DNA of 64,000 nt from Octopus vulgaris (Eukaryota): NCBI GenBank assembly GCA_951406725.2, contig OX597834.1, forward strand, positions 39,804,001 through 39,868,000. Direction: 5' to 3'. The notes under the pieces were generated by a model. It ran no database searches, was not told the origin of the DNA, and saw only the letters and a program-made list of their open reading frames with translations. The position numbers were made by a program, and so were the translations under genes. Positions 14,033 to 27,992 of the stretch are shown piece by piece (position 1 is the stretch's first letter; every line of letters starts with the position of its first letter).

Positions 14033-14408
14033 TACACATTATTCTTATTATTAAGACTGCAAGCTGGCAGAATTGTTAGCACGCTGGATTAAATGCTTAG
14101 TGGTATTTTGCCCATCGCTACATCCCAAGTTCAAATTCCATCAAGGTTGACTTTGCCTTTCATCCTTTCAGGGTCATTAAAAGTAGGTACTAGTGAAACA
14201 ATGGGGGTTAATGTAATCAACTAGTCCCCTTCCACCAAGTTGCAAGCCTTGTGTCTTTAGTAGAAAGCATTATTATTGTTATTACTATATTTAACCTATT
14301 GGCACAGCTCAGTGTAACCCCCCAAAACTGTTCCTGAGAGTTAGTATCAAATAGGAGCTTTTATATGCATATTCAAAACATTTCCTGCAAATGAACTTAA
14401 AAGATATA

Positions 14409-14451
<43 letters not shown>

Positions 14452-14795
14452 ACAGAATGTGTTGGGTGCTTTTATGTGGTGTCACATGGGCAATTTTAAG
14501 CGCTTGTATTAATATAAACATGTTATCCAAGGGAACATTATTATCCCACATGACAGGATAATAATTGCGACTAGATTGTAAATAAGTGTGTGTGTGTGTA
14601 TGTGCATGTGGGTGTTCTAAAGAAAATTAAACTAGAATTCACATCTCATTTCACTCAACTTAGCAAATTTCTTGACAAACACACACACACAAAAAAAAAG
14701 AAATTATAAAAGATTTATAAACAAGTTGAGTCAGGTTTTTAAATATTTTTCACAAACTGTACATGTGTGTGTGTGCGTCTCTCTCCCTCTCACCC

Positions 14796-14880
<85 letters not shown>

Positions 14881-14922
14881 TGCATACATACATATATACA
14901 TACACATATGTAGATATGTATG

Positions 14923-14953
<31 letters not shown>

Positions 14954-15180
14954 AATATTTTTACAAGAAGGGTGGTGATAGTAACTACAAAGTTTCAACT
15001 TGCATGCTCTCATCAAACACTCTAATGTTGGCCAGCAGACCAAAACTCCAAAGGCACTGTCACCTCTGTTCTTGTAAAAGAATATATGTACTCTACCAAA
15101 AGTACAGTGGAATCCTTCAGTTAAATGTAAAATTGTTTTTATTGTAAATCAACCTAAAATGAAATACACTCACACATATA

Positions 15181-15546
15181 AGAAAAGAAAATGGAGATTA
15201 GGGAGTTAATAAGTGTTTATTATTAACAGCTAATTAGTCGTCTTCACTTACAGCTGTTTCAATTAATGCTCAATAAACAATAAATTTACATTAATATTAC
15301 ATGAACACCATATCATCAGAGGGAAAAATGTACATTTGGATGTTATATGTCTGCTAAAATGAATTCATAAGCACACATAAATCATTCAAATGTACATCCT
15401 TTTCCCTCTGATGATATGGTGTTCATGTAATATTAATGTAAATTTATTGTTTATTAAGTATTAATTGAAACGGCTGTAAGTGAAGACGACCAATTTGCTG
15501 TTAATAATAAACAATTATTAACTTCCTAACCTTCATTTTCTTTTCT
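15181..15546. repeat. Long inverted repeat (~160-bp arms, ~48-nt spacer) of Penelope-like pLTR type; each arm carries a hammerhead-like motif
   Basis: 15181-15338 is the reverse complement of 15387-15546. CTGATGA (15408-15414) ... GAAACGGCTGTA (15467-15478) on +, mirrored on -. Confidence 0.8.
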
Positions 15547-16102
15547 TCTTTTAAATGAATATAAACTATGTTTATATATATATATACCTATTATTCTAAG
15601 GAAATTAAATTCCCTCAAAATACTAGGTATTGAACCAGTATTTCCTTGGATGAAACCATCCCTTCACGAGGTTCACACATCCTCTAATTGAATTTATATA
15701 TATACATACATACATACACAAACATACATACACACATACGTACATACGTATGCATATACACATATATACATACATACACACATATATACGTACATACATA
15801 TATACATAAATATATATACACTAATATATACATATATATTGATGATGTATATATATATATAAGACAAAGGAATAAATTATTAACTTAAGAACTTCATTGG
15901 CTTACAGCCGTTTCTGCTACAAGGTGCAGTGGACTCATAGTTGAGTCTTGACTATAAAGTGTAATTTATTTACTGTTAGAGTATCATGTTAAGGTATCTT
16001 AACTGATGCAAATGGCCAATTCTTAATGAATTAATTTTTCTTTTTTTTTTCTTTTCACTTGACAAAGGTACAATTAGAAAAACTGATGTCTGTAAGTTTT
16101 AC

Positions 16103-16178
16103 CTGGTCTCATTGAAACTTGTAAAAATATTGAATACTCACCTGCAAAAGAGAAAGAGAAAAAAAGACAGGGATTAGA
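16103..16178 (-). other. Recursive splice site (3' splice site abutting a 5' splice site) with possible 39-nt RS-exon 16103-16141
   Basis: Minus strand reads ttCTAATccctgtctttttttctctttctcttttgCAG|GTGAGT. A downstream alternative donor CAG|GTAAAA lies at 16102. Confidence 0.6.
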
Positions 16179-17224
16179 AAATGTACAATTTCTTGAAGAA
16201 ATAAAATATTTTGCTGAAATAGTCAAATGAGTTTTATTTTTATGAAAAAATGATTGCATATATAATGAAAAAAAATATATAATTATATAAAATATAAAGA
16301 TATATTTAAAATAAAAATCTATTTCCCAGACAGAACAGCTGGTTCTTTGCAACCATTCACTCAGGAATAAGCTGTCATCTCTGTCTGTCTTTCACTGTCT
16401 TTCTTTCTCTCTGTGTCTGTGTCTTCATTCTTTCTCTCTCTCTCTCTTCCCTGTCTGTGTCTATCTGTCTCTCTCTCTCTCTCTCAGCCTGTCTGTCTGT
16501 GTTTCTGTTTGTCTGTCTCTGTGTTTCTTTATCTCTCTCTCTCTCTCTGCTTGCCTCTCCCTCCCTCTCTCTTTTTCCACATCTACAACATTAACCTCAA
16601 CTTTTCATTTATCTTTTTACCCATTTTCAATCACTGGACCACAGCCATGCTGGAGCACTACCTCGACGGGTTTTTTTTAGTCAACCAATCTGCACCTCTC
16701 CCACCCACCCAGTATGTTTTCCTTTAAGTTTGGCACTTACTCTATTGGTCTCTTTTGCCACACCGCTATGTTATGGGGATGTAAATAAACCAATACCAGT
16801 TGTCAAGCAGTGGTGGTAATGGGACAATCACAACCACAAAGACACACACACCTACAATGGGCTTCAACATAGTTTCCATCTACCAAATTGGTCTGAGTGT
16901 ATAATAGGAGACACTTGCCCAAGATGCTGTGCAGTGAGACTAACCCAAGACCATGTGATGCAAAGCAAGCTTCTTAATCACTCGACCCTGCTTTCTTATA
17001 TTGCCAATATTCCTACCCATATAGCCATCATCCTTTCTGCATCAAAATCTCCCCTCCACCACCACCATCACCACCACTTGACTTAATTTTCAAACCCCAC
17101 AAAACAGTTTTCTTTATGAGGGCCCACCGCCAACATCACCACCACCACCAACATGTTTTGTGCATAACCCTTCCTTCTGCATTTACCCCTTCCCAAACTA
17201 ATAAACTTCAAACATTCATAAATG

Positions 17225-17775
17225 CAAATCAACCACATTAAGCTCAGCCCCTGTTCTCCCTCTTAACTCCTTGTCTAGTCAGACCACATTTGGCTTGGCC
17301 CCTGTTCTCTCCCTTAACTCCCTGTCTAGTCAGACCACATTTGGCTTGGCCCCTGTTCTCTCCCTTAACTCCTTGTCTAGTCAGTCCACAGTAAGCTTGG
17401 CCCCTGTTCTTTCTCTTAACTCCCTGTCTAGTCAGTCCACATCAAACTCGGCCCCTAGTCAGTCCATATTAAGCTCAGCCCCTGTTCTCCCTCTTAACTC
17501 CTTGTCTAGTCAAACCACACTTGGCTTGGCCCCTGTCTAGTCAGTCCACATCAAACTCGGCCCCTAGTCAGTCCACATTAAGCTCAGCCCCTGTTCTCCC
17601 TCTTAACTCCTTAAATGCAAATCAACTACATTAAGCTCAGCCCCTGTTCTCCCCCTTAACTCCTTGTCTAGTCAATCCACATCAAGCTCAGCCCCTGTTC
17701 TTTCTCTTAACTCTCTGTCTAGTCAGTCCGACATTAAACTCGGCCCCTGTTCCCTTTCTTAATTCCCTATCTAGT
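17225..17775. repeat. ~45-48-bp minisatellite (cagtccacattaagctcagcccctgttctccctcttaactccttgtctagt) with short deletion variants
   Basis: About 12 tandem units. Confidence 0.9.
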
Positions 17776-18312
17776 CGATCCATGTTAATAAACAGAAATG
17801 TATGTGTGTGTCTGTGTGTGTGTTTCTGTTTGTTCACAACCACTGCTTGACAACCTATATTTGTTTGGTTATGTCCCCACAAATTAGTAGTTCGATAAAA
17901 GAAACAAATAGACTACGTGCAAGATTTAAAAAGAAACAAAAAAAGCCAACATCATACAACATAAGAACTGGGATCAATTTATATCTAAAGTCCCTTCAAG
18001 ATAGTGCCCCAGCATGGCCGCAGTTCAATAACTGAAAGAAAGTTAAAATTTAAAAAAGGACTTTTGTTATATTCTCTCTCCCTAGGGGTCAAAATTCTTG
18101 CTATCTTATCTCTTAACGTAGCACAATGTCAAAAATATTGAGGCCCCTACCAACCTTAGAATAGAAGTAGATATGTGTTGGAATAACAAACTCTGCCATG
18201 AAAATAGTTGAAATTTCTAAGAAAAGTTCGTAAAATTAATGGAAATGCCAAATAAATGTAAAATGTTTTGAAATAATTAAGAATTTCATTGAAAGTGATG
18301 AAATATGTATGA

Positions 18313-18402
<90 letters not shown>

Positions 18403-18594
18403 ATATATATAATATATTATATATATATAAATACATATGTATATACATATAAATACATATGTATATACATATGTATATATATGTATATATATGTATATAT
18501 ATGTATATACATATATATGTATATATATGTATATACATTATATATGTATATATATACATGTATATATATATATGTGTGTGTGTGTGTGTATATA

Positions 18595-18625
<31 letters not shown>

Positions 18626-19003
18626 GCATATACACACACACACGCACACATATGCACACACGCTACTCAGCTAAACAAGATAATTAAAATCACTTCAGTC
18701 CTATGTATAAATGTAAAACAAACAACAAACAACAAAAAACCCACCAAAACAACAAGGAAGCTTCTTTTTTTTTTTACATTAAGTATAATTATTGGAAACA
18801 AAAACAAACAAAAAGCGAAACTAGAAAACTTAAAACAAAATATAAAAAAAAACAGAAAAGAAATGGCTGAAATATTCTTGATGGCATTTATTAGATCAAA
18901 GACACTCCAAACACGACCATCCTACCTTGTTATTTAGTCAGTTTATCCTAGGGCTGCATTATCAGAATTGATATTTTTCCTGATTTAGCCATAAGCCGTG
19001 TGC

Positions 19004-19042
<39 letters not shown>

Positions 19043-19807
19043 GAATAAAACACAAAAGGCTTCTACACAGTTTCCACTGACCAAACTCACTCACAAGGAA
19101 TTGGTAAGCCCAAGGCTATTGTAGAAGACACTCTCCCCAAAGTGCCATGCAGTGGGACTGAACCTGAAGACATTTGGTCACAAAGTAACCTTCTTCATCA
19201 CACAGCCATGGCTGGGGTTCAAATCCCACCAGAGTCATTGAAATAAACACAAGAACACAGGACAATCAACATTTGTTATTGTCTGCCTATCGAAATATTT
19301 TTAAAAGCTTTTTATAAATTCAAGACACATATTCTGTCCTTGGTGACACGTTACATATTATAAGATTTGGCATTTAGGACTTGAATCTATCACGAGTCGT
19401 AGGACACATGATGCTGGACCCAAAGCCAGATCCACTGGAATATGATTAACTGAGAGTAAAACACTCACTCCCTGGATGGGACACTGGTCCTTCACAGAGT
19501 TAACTTCCCAGCTACTGTTGGAATTCACTCACAGCTGAGAGAACACAAGAAATGAAATGTTTGGGACAAACACACAAGGCACTGCCCAATCCAGGAATTG
19601 AAACCCTGATCATCAGTGTGACATTCTAATGACTAGGGGACACATCATCTTTTCAAGAACATGCTTTTAGGATCAGTCACACTGCATGACACCTTGGGCA
19701 AGTGCTTTCTACTACAGCCCCTGGTTGACCAATACATTGTAAGCAAATTCGGTAGATGGAAAGTATGCGGGAGCCCATTGTGTGTGTTTGTGTGTGTGTG
19801 TATAGGC

Positions 19808-20026
19808 CAGTGGTTTTCGACCAGGGTTCCGTGGAACCTTAGGATTCCACCAGTACAGTCCAGGAGTTCCGCAAGAAGTTACAAAACTGCTAAAATCAGC
19901 AGTAATTTTTAATTCTCCTGTGCAGATATGTGTGCATAAGACAATTAAATTATTGCACAGTGGTTCCCCGAGCCAGTGGAATGTTTCCTTGGGGTTCCGC
20001 TCTGGCAAAAAGTTTGAAAAGCACTG
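19808..20026. mobile_element. hAT (Charlie-like) MITE with perfect 8-bp TSD
   Basis: TIRs cagtggttttc / gaaaagcactg. TSD gtataggc at 19800-19807 and 20027-20034. Confidence 0.9.
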
Positions 20027-20210
20027 GTATAGGCAAAGGCCTGAAATTTTAGGGAGAGGACAAGTCAATTACTTCAATCCTTGTGTTTCGCTGGTACTTA
20101 ACTTATTGACCCCGAAAAGATGAAAGGCAAAGTTGACCTCAGCAGAATTTGATCTCAGAACATAGCAACAGGCGAAATACCGCTAAGCATTTCAGCCAGC
20201 TTACTGCCTT

Positions 20211-20255
<45 letters not shown>

Positions 20256-20495
20256 CGTGAACTTGGAAATGGATGTGTGGTGTTTCCCCACGATAGATTG
20301 CTAGCCACTACACATTCTTTATTTTCTCTCCTTTCTATGTTCCTTTCTGTGGAAGAGTGTATACTCGAAACATTAAAGACTTTTTTCACTTCCCGAGTGT
20401 TATACTAATACATCTGTTTGTTGTCTACACCACCTGTCTTCGTCTTTTGTTTTTTTGTGAACTCTCCCCTTATATATATATTATATATATATATG

Positions 20496-20531
<36 letters not shown>

Positions 20532-20609
20532 ATGTAAAAGTCACTCAGAACACACTGTAAAGTGGTTGGCATTAGGCAAAGCATCTAGCTGTAGAAACCT
20601 TGACAGAAC

Positions 20610-20935
20610 AGTTAAACTGGCCTATTTTAGGTTCAAACCAGCCAGACATGACCTCTCCCACTACACTGCATTGTCATTTTAAAAATAGACAATCACATCA
20701 TTGAAATCTCAAAGCTGAGAAAGTGATAATGAATGATTAATCCAAAGCAATGTGAATAAATAAGCATCACATTCGACAGAAAGAAATCTGAACGGTAAGG
20801 GGTTAACAGATCTGACCCATCACACTTGACCTACAATGTCAGTCTAAGAACTAACAACCGCATCAACAAAACTTGCATAATTAATTGAAAGCAATTTAGA
20901 TAAATAAACATTACAATCTGAATGATAAAGGGTTA
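20610..20935 (+). mobile_element. Degenerate tandem pair of a second TTAA MITE family
   Basis: Two related segments, each ending ..ctgaa..taa.gggttaa (near 20805 and 20935). Confidence 0.5.
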
Positions 20936-21672
20936 AGAAAAGAGTCACTATTTAACAAGTACTTTGTCTATTTAACGAGTACTTTGAGGAAATTGGCCTC
21001 ACAATTACTTTTGTGAAATCACTCGCGAAACAAGCACTAAAGTGTAATTCACTCTTGTGTATATACAGTTATATACATGTGTATATGTATGTATATACAC
21101 ATATATGTATGTATAACCTATTTAGATATACATTTAACTGAATATCTAACAGAGTGGATGCAATATTTAACTGGTTATTTAGGAGGTAAGGCTAATTGCT
21201 TCAATCATTTTAGTGTATAAAGCCAGGAAACCAAAGTGTTCTGTATATATAGGTGAGGAGAGAGAGAGAGAGAGAGAGGGCAACAAGAGGAAGAGATAAA
21301 GAGAGAGGAGTAGGGGAGAGGCATGGGGGGTGAGAGAGAGTGGGAGAGAGAAAGAGTGGAATGGAGAAAGAGAAAGGAAATGCAGAGGAAGAGAGAGAGG
21401 GTAGGAGAGAGACAGAAGGAATGAGAGGGAAAAAGACACAGAGAAAAAGAGAGAGGGGGAGAAAGAGGTGAAAGAGAAAGATTATGTCAGCACAGAGTCG
21501 CAAATAAATGAATTAACGAGAAGGTGTGATGTTCATGCCTTTCACAGAGGTATTAGCAGCCTGAGGAATTCAAATAGTGGGTGGATAGGGGTGGAATCAA
21601 GTGAGCTCCGTCCCCCCCTTTTTTTATATACCATTTGCAACTGTGTGGTGATGGGGGAACGGATGCATGATA

Positions 21673-21703
<31 letters not shown>

Positions 21704-22423
21704 CACACACACACAGAGCATGTGATTAGCTCATCCCACTCTCCCACCTCCCACTGATCAACAAACATATTCATATTTGCACTGGTTGTGTGGTCAAGAA
21801 GCTCATTTTGGTCAGCACCTTGGCCAAGTGTCTTCTACTATAGCCTTGGGCCGACCAATGTCTTGGGAGTGAATTTGGCGGATCAAAACTGAAAAAATAG
21901 CCTGTTACGTACAGGCATGTATAAGTTTGTGTGTGTGTGGTGGTGTTTGACCCACCCACACATTTCTGGACAACTGGTGCTGCTTTGCTTACGTCCCTGT
22001 AACTCTCAATGGCTCAGTGGAAGAGGTCAGTCGAATAAGTACCAGACTTCATAAGTTGAGTACTTGGGCGGTTGATTTATTTGACTAAATTGACTAAATC
22101 CTTCAAGGTGGTGCCCCAGCATGGCCAGAGTTCAATGACTAAAGCAAGGAAAACAAAACGTTTAAAAGAGAGATAAATAACGAAATTGAAATCAAAAGTG
22201 GGCCATGAGCCACGAAATTGACTTCCTGTTATCAAGAACAAAACTAAACAAATATTTTAAACAGAATTAAATATTTGTTCAGAAATATAAACAGAGTGAA
22301 AGTCCACCACTGTGAGAATGTTGATGCTTTCTTACACTGAACGAACGATGGGTAAACATTGCAGATTAAATATAAAATATACAACAGCAAACATGAGCTG
22401 ATTGTGGTGTGTATACATATATA

Positions 22424-22653
22424 TATACAGAAGGGGGGCAGGGAAGTTCTTGGGTTTCGGTAAAAGAAAATACACGAAGATCAGTGAATTATGATTTTAT
22501 CCCACATATTCCTCTCGCAGATTCACACACTCATTGCAGTGGTCCTTCAGTTTTTCTAAGCCCTCTTAAAAGAACTCAGAAGGTTGGGCCTCCGACCAGG
22601 GCTTTCGCAATATCCTTAAAGCCAAAAACTTTTCAGCACGGACCTCGTGTGTA
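22424..22653. mobile_element. Tc1/mariner-type MITE (degenerate); end fragment also at ~160-205
   Basis: Degenerate TIRs (tacagaaggggggcagggaagttcttgggttt / aaagccaaaaacttttcagcacggacctcgtg) in TA context. Confidence 0.6.
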
Positions 22654-22863
22654 AATGTTGGCAATTTTTTTTCCTCTGTCTTCCCTTCTCGGGATCTTTC
22701 CTTCTCCTATGTTTCCAATGAAGAGCTCCGCTCAAAACGTTAAACCCTCCTTCTTTCCTGAGCGTCCAATAATACTATATTTGTTCCACGTCCTCGCGTT
22801 GTTGTGTTTTTTTGTGCTTTCTTGATGGGATTAACTTTATATATATATATATATATATATATA

Positions 22864-23245
22864 CTAGCAGTATCGCCCGGCGTTGCTCGGGTTTGTAAGG
22901 GAAATAACTATAAAGCATTTTTAGAGAGTTATAGCCAAAAAATAGCAAAAAAATGGGGGAAAAAATGATGGTAAATTTTTTTGATAGTTAAAAAGGTCGA
23001 GTTGCGTCCCCTAGACCATCTGTGGTTTGTTTCTGATTGTCGACCCCATGTCGAATTTATCGATCTTTTTCAGAACTGGGGGAACTTTTCAAAATGTTCG
23101 CTGCATTAGTTTTGAATTATGACATTGGGCTATGTGTGTGTCAAATTTCATCAGAATCGGTTGAAAGCCGTGGTCAGGGTGAGGGTACAACCTGACAGAC
23201 ACACAGAAACACACACAGACAAACTGCCGTTTATATAGAGAGAGA
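22864..23245 (-). mobile_element. Non-autonomous Helitron
   Basis: Minus strand starts A|TC..., has a subterminal GC hairpin cccgagcaacgccggg and ends CTAG|T. Inserted in (TA)n. A related 5' end fragment lies at ~59282-59439. Confidence 0.85.
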
Positions 23246-23260
23246 TATATATATATATAT

Positions 23261-23319
<59 letters not shown>

Positions 23320-23381
23320 TATACATACACACACACACACATATATATATATACATATTCTCTCTCTCTCTCTCTCTCTCT

Positions 23382-23427
<46 letters not shown>

Positions 23428-24345
23428 AGATAATGGTATCATTGAGAGACCCAAAGGTGTCAGGTAATGCTTAATAAGTGCTATAGATGGACCGCAGTTA
23501 AGTTCCAGGTTCGGTGATTTTGCGAATAAGGGGTTCAACATTGGTCATATGTTAGCATGTGTATATAAAAATTTTATTTCGTAATGAGATAAAAAAAACC
23601 AAGGCTGTTAGAGCATTTATAGATTACCCACAGCAAGACATGTTTCTTGCAGAATATTGTAAAGGAATGACTCTGCTTGTACGAAGGTGACAATCATTTA
23701 CAATTATCAAGCAGTCTGAAGACAAGGAGACACACACACACACACACACACTGCTAACCCATTCATAAGGCTTTGGTGAGTCCAGGGCCTTAGCAGAAAA
23801 CACTTGCTGAGATTGCCACACAGTGGGACTGAACCCAAGACTATGTGGTTGGGAAGCAAACTGGTTAACCACGCAGCCACACCTCCAATCGAAGAGAACA
23901 ATCTGCACAGAGGATTTTGTGTAAAGTGCCACACATTAGCTCACACCTTCCATTAAACTACTGTTACCTGAACAGGTGTGCAGTGTACCAGGTTTCAGGT
24001 GTCAGAGTGATCACAGAGCAATGTGAAGTGAAGTGTTTTGTTCAAGAACACAACACACCACTTGGACCAAGAATTGAAACCACAATCTTACAATCATGAA
24101 TGCAACACACTAACCACTGGGCCATGTGACCTCACACACATCATATTCTCTTATTCTTTTACTTGTTTCAGTGAAATGACTGCAGCCATGCTGGAGCACT
24201 GCCTTAAAGGGATTTTAGTTGAATGAATTGAGAGATAGACAGACAGATAAATAGATAGATATAGACAGACAGACAGACAGATGGATAGATAGATAGATAT
24301 AGACATACAGACAGATGGATATATAGATAGATAAATAGATAGACT

Positions 24346-24377
<32 letters not shown>

Positions 24378-24445
24378 TACAGACAGATGGATAGATTGAT
24401 AGACAGACAGACAGACAGACAGACAGATGGACGGACGGACGGACG

Positions 24446-24503
<58 letters not shown>

Positions 24504-24656
24504 TAGATAGATAGACAGACGGACGGACGGGCGGACACACAGACAGACAGGCAGACAGATGGATATATAGATAGATAAATAGATAGACTGACAGACAGAC
24601 GGACGGACGGACAGACGGGCAGACAGACAGGCAGACAGACAGGCAGACAGACAGGC

Positions 24657-24716
<60 letters not shown>

Positions 24717-25199
24717 CGACAGACAGTCAGACACACAGACAGAACAATAGACAGATAGAGAGATTGATAGACAGACAGTCAGATATACACACACCAGCAA
24801 AAATTTGAAGAACTTCTTAATTGGTAAACAAACAAGCAAAACACATTAAACAAATAAATGGTTAAATTCTAAACTTCTTTTCCTTCTTAATTCCTTTATT
24901 TCCCTTTAAAATTTCTTTAATTTTTGCCTCAGATTACGAAGCGTCAGTGCAAGGGGAATTACTCTGTATTTCATAAGTGACAACATTAATTGATTTCGTT
25001 TCGTTGTCGTTAATTGACATAGGAAAAAAAAAAAAAAAAAAAGAAAAGAGAAAAACACTTCTAAAATTATTAATTTTAGAAAATTTTCAGTTTTAAAAAT
25101 TTTAATGTAAAAATATAAAACGGAATATATTTCGCTTGTGTAGATAAATTGTGGTAACTATTTCATTTATGATAGAGTAAGGTAGATGGATGGGAAATA

Positions 25200-26580
25200 A
25201 TTTCAGCGAGATAAAACAATGTGCGCGCTCGGGTCTGTTGTGTGTATGTGTGTGTGTGTGTGTGAATATTTGTGTGTGTACGTGCGGTTCTGTGTCTGTG
25301 CATGCTTGCATGTTAGGTGTTTGTGTGTATGTGTGTGAGTGCACTTTTGTGTATGCGCGTTAGCAAGTTGTGTATGGGTGTGTGTGCGTATGTATGAATG
25401 CACACACACACTCACATACACACATACACACTGAAAGATAGATCAAATGGAAAAGATGCATATACACAAACACACAAGAGGTTGCAACATCTTTATGTAA
25501 CTCCAGCAGTTTCAGCCCGAGGCAAAGTATCTTTGATGTTTATATTTCACCAACACAGACACACACACACATCACCAATACAAACACAGACACACTCACA
25601 CAACGTACATCAATGCACACACATAATACGCACGAGAGAGAGCGCGCGCGTATTTGTGCCGATGTACGTACATCTGCGCGTGTGAGTGTTGTGCGTACGA
25701 AGAGAGAGAAAGATGGATGGATGGATGGATAGATAGGTATACAGATAGAGAGAGAGAAAGAGATAGATGGATGGATGGATGGATAGATAGATAGGCATAC
25801 AGAGAGAGAGAGGGGAAGGGAGGAAGAGGGAGAGAGATCAGAAGATGCCGAAACTGGAGTTAATCTCTAATCGATAGCTGATAAAAAGAATGCCTCCCCT
25901 CAATGCATGCTTTACGTAAAATACACGAGTGTATATATGGACGTATATAATCACACACACGCACGCACGTATATATACTTATACAGATATATATTATACA
26001 TAGGTTTGTATATAAGTACATGCATGCAAGGGCACACACACACACACACACAAAGTGCGTGTGTGTTGATTTCCATATAAAGAGTTACCTTTTCTTTCCC
26101 GTCGAACAGTAACCATTTCTGGGAACAATTCCCATTTCAGCGATTTTCATTTTCACATTAAATCTTCTACACGTATATATTCATCCATTTATCTCCCTAT
26201 CCCCATACACGTTAACCGGACCGCTGTTCGTTTGTTTACGTCCTCCTGATATAGTTCAGCTTCGGTGTGTGTATATATGCACGCGCGCGTGTGTCAGAAT
26301 CCAGGACATCGCCGTGGATACCCCCAGGAAACCAGGCCGCGGATTGAATAAACAGCACCCTATTTTTCACCCCCTACTGTAATATTTCAGACGTAAGCAG
26401 AAAGTGATACTGTGGCGAAAAATGAGAATTCCTTCTAAAAGACTATTTTCTAGGTCATTCCAACCAATAATTCTTCAGCGAATGCAAAATACGAAATTGA
26501 TGACAGTAAATAAATATTCAGTAAGACACATCCGTAATTGTATCGTTTACTGGCTTTTAATCGCTGGGCTGCGGCCATGC
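25200..26580. promoter_or_regulatory. Locally CpG-rich unique region, candidate internal promoter/regulatory region around the 26089 exon
   Basis: Many CpGs (gcgcgctcgg, agcgcgcgcg, accggaccgc, acgcgcgcgt, ggccgcgg) against a CpG-poor background. Few TE insertions. Confidence 0.4.
26089..26150 (-). CDS. Candidate alternative first coding exon, MKIAEMGIVPRNGYCSTGKK-(R/S), phase 2
   Basis: ATG at 26150 with A at -3 (gaaaATG). 20 codons + 2 nt to donor AAG|GTAACT (GT at 26088-26087). Lies in a locally CpG-rich unique region. Confidence 0.45.
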
Positions 26581-26626
26581 TGGGGCACTGCCTTGAAGAA
26601 TTTTCTGTGGAATGAATCACGTTCAG

Positions 26627-26820
26627 TACTCTTTTACTTGTTTCAGTCATTTGGCTGTGGCCATGCTGGAGCACCACCTTTAGTCCGAGCAAATCGACCC
26701 CAGCACTTATTCTTCGTAAGCCTAGTACTTATTCTAGCGGTCTCTTTTTGCCGAACCGCTAAGTTACGGGGGACGTAAACACACCAGTATCGGTTGTCAA
26801 TGTTGGGGGGACAAACACAG

Positions 26821-26854
<34 letters not shown>

Positions 26855-27017
26855 GTATATGACAGGCTTCTTTCAGTTTCCATCTACCAAATCCACTCAC
26901 AAGGCTTTGGTTGGGCTGAGGCTATAGTAGAACACACTTGCCCAAGGTGCCACGCAGTAGGACTGAACACGGAATCATGTGGTTGGTAAGCAAGCTACTT
27001 ACCACACAGCCACTCCT
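26627..27017 (-). mobile_element. SINE family A, full length
   Basis: Same head, body and tail as 1475-1890. Confidence 0.9.
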
Positions 27018-27019
27018 AC

Positions 27020-27053
<34 letters not shown>

Positions 27054-27269
27054 GTGGTGAGCTGGCAGAATTGTTAGCCCACTAGACAAAACGCTTTGTA
27101 GCATTTTGTCCATTTTCACATTCTGAGTTCAAATTCCACCAAGGTCAACTTTGCCTATCATCCTTTCCAGGGTTGATAAAATAAGTACCTGAAACTGATG
27201 GACTTGTACAAAAATTTGAAATCTTAACAATAATAATAATAATAATAATAATAATAATTATTATTATTA

Positions 27270-27540
27270 TTATTATTATTTTATGTTTGACTTCTGCTTT
27301 ATATTTGTACAAGTTGGCTCCAAGTCTCACCCAGCGACCTCAAGAGACAACAGGTTAGAAATTCGTGATGTTGTTATGCTTAGTGTGCCATATATTTGGT
27401 TTTGTATTTAGTGTTGTACTAGTAAATGTCCAAAAAAAAAAGAAAAAACGAAAATTATGTTTGTTTTAAAACTTGAGATTACATAGAAAGTATTTTGCAT
27501 AGGATATGAGCAGTTCCCATGAGCACTATCTTTTCTTTTA
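27270..27540 (-). mobile_element. 3' end of an R4/Dong-like (RLE) LINE, 5'-truncated, in a (TAA)n target
   Basis: Minus strand encodes KIVLMGTAHILCKILSM* (typical C-terminus), then 3'UTR and (TAA)n tail. (TAA)n on both flanks. Confidence 0.75.
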
Positions 27541-27555
27541 TTATTATTATTATTA

Positions 27556-27587
<32 letters not shown>

Positions 27588-27939
27588 TAGACAGAGGAAG
27601 GGCATCTGGCTATAAAAAGCTGAGCCAAAACAGACAGAGAAGTTTGGTGCAGGCTCCTGCCTGGCCAGCTCCTGTCAAACCGTCCAACCCATGCCAGCAT
27701 GGAAGGAGGATGTTAAACGATGATGGTGATGGTGATGATGAGGTGTTGAGCTGACAAAATCATTAGCAGACCAAAGCAGAATGCTAAGTGGCATTTTATC
27801 GTGTTTACGTTCTGAGCTCAACTTCCGTCAATAAGCTCTGAGTCAATACTTATTGACTTCCCCATCCCTCGAAAATTCCTGACCTTGAGTCAAAATAAAG
27901 GATTACTATTATTATTATTACTATTATTATTATTATTAC

Positions 27940-27975
<36 letters not shown>

Positions 27976-27992
27976 TATTATCATTATTGTTA

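Noticed and set aside
17225-17775. Regularly spaced repeats resembling a CRISPR array (also 225-530)
   Set aside because: No unique spacers, eukaryotic context, no cas genes; ordinary minisatellites.
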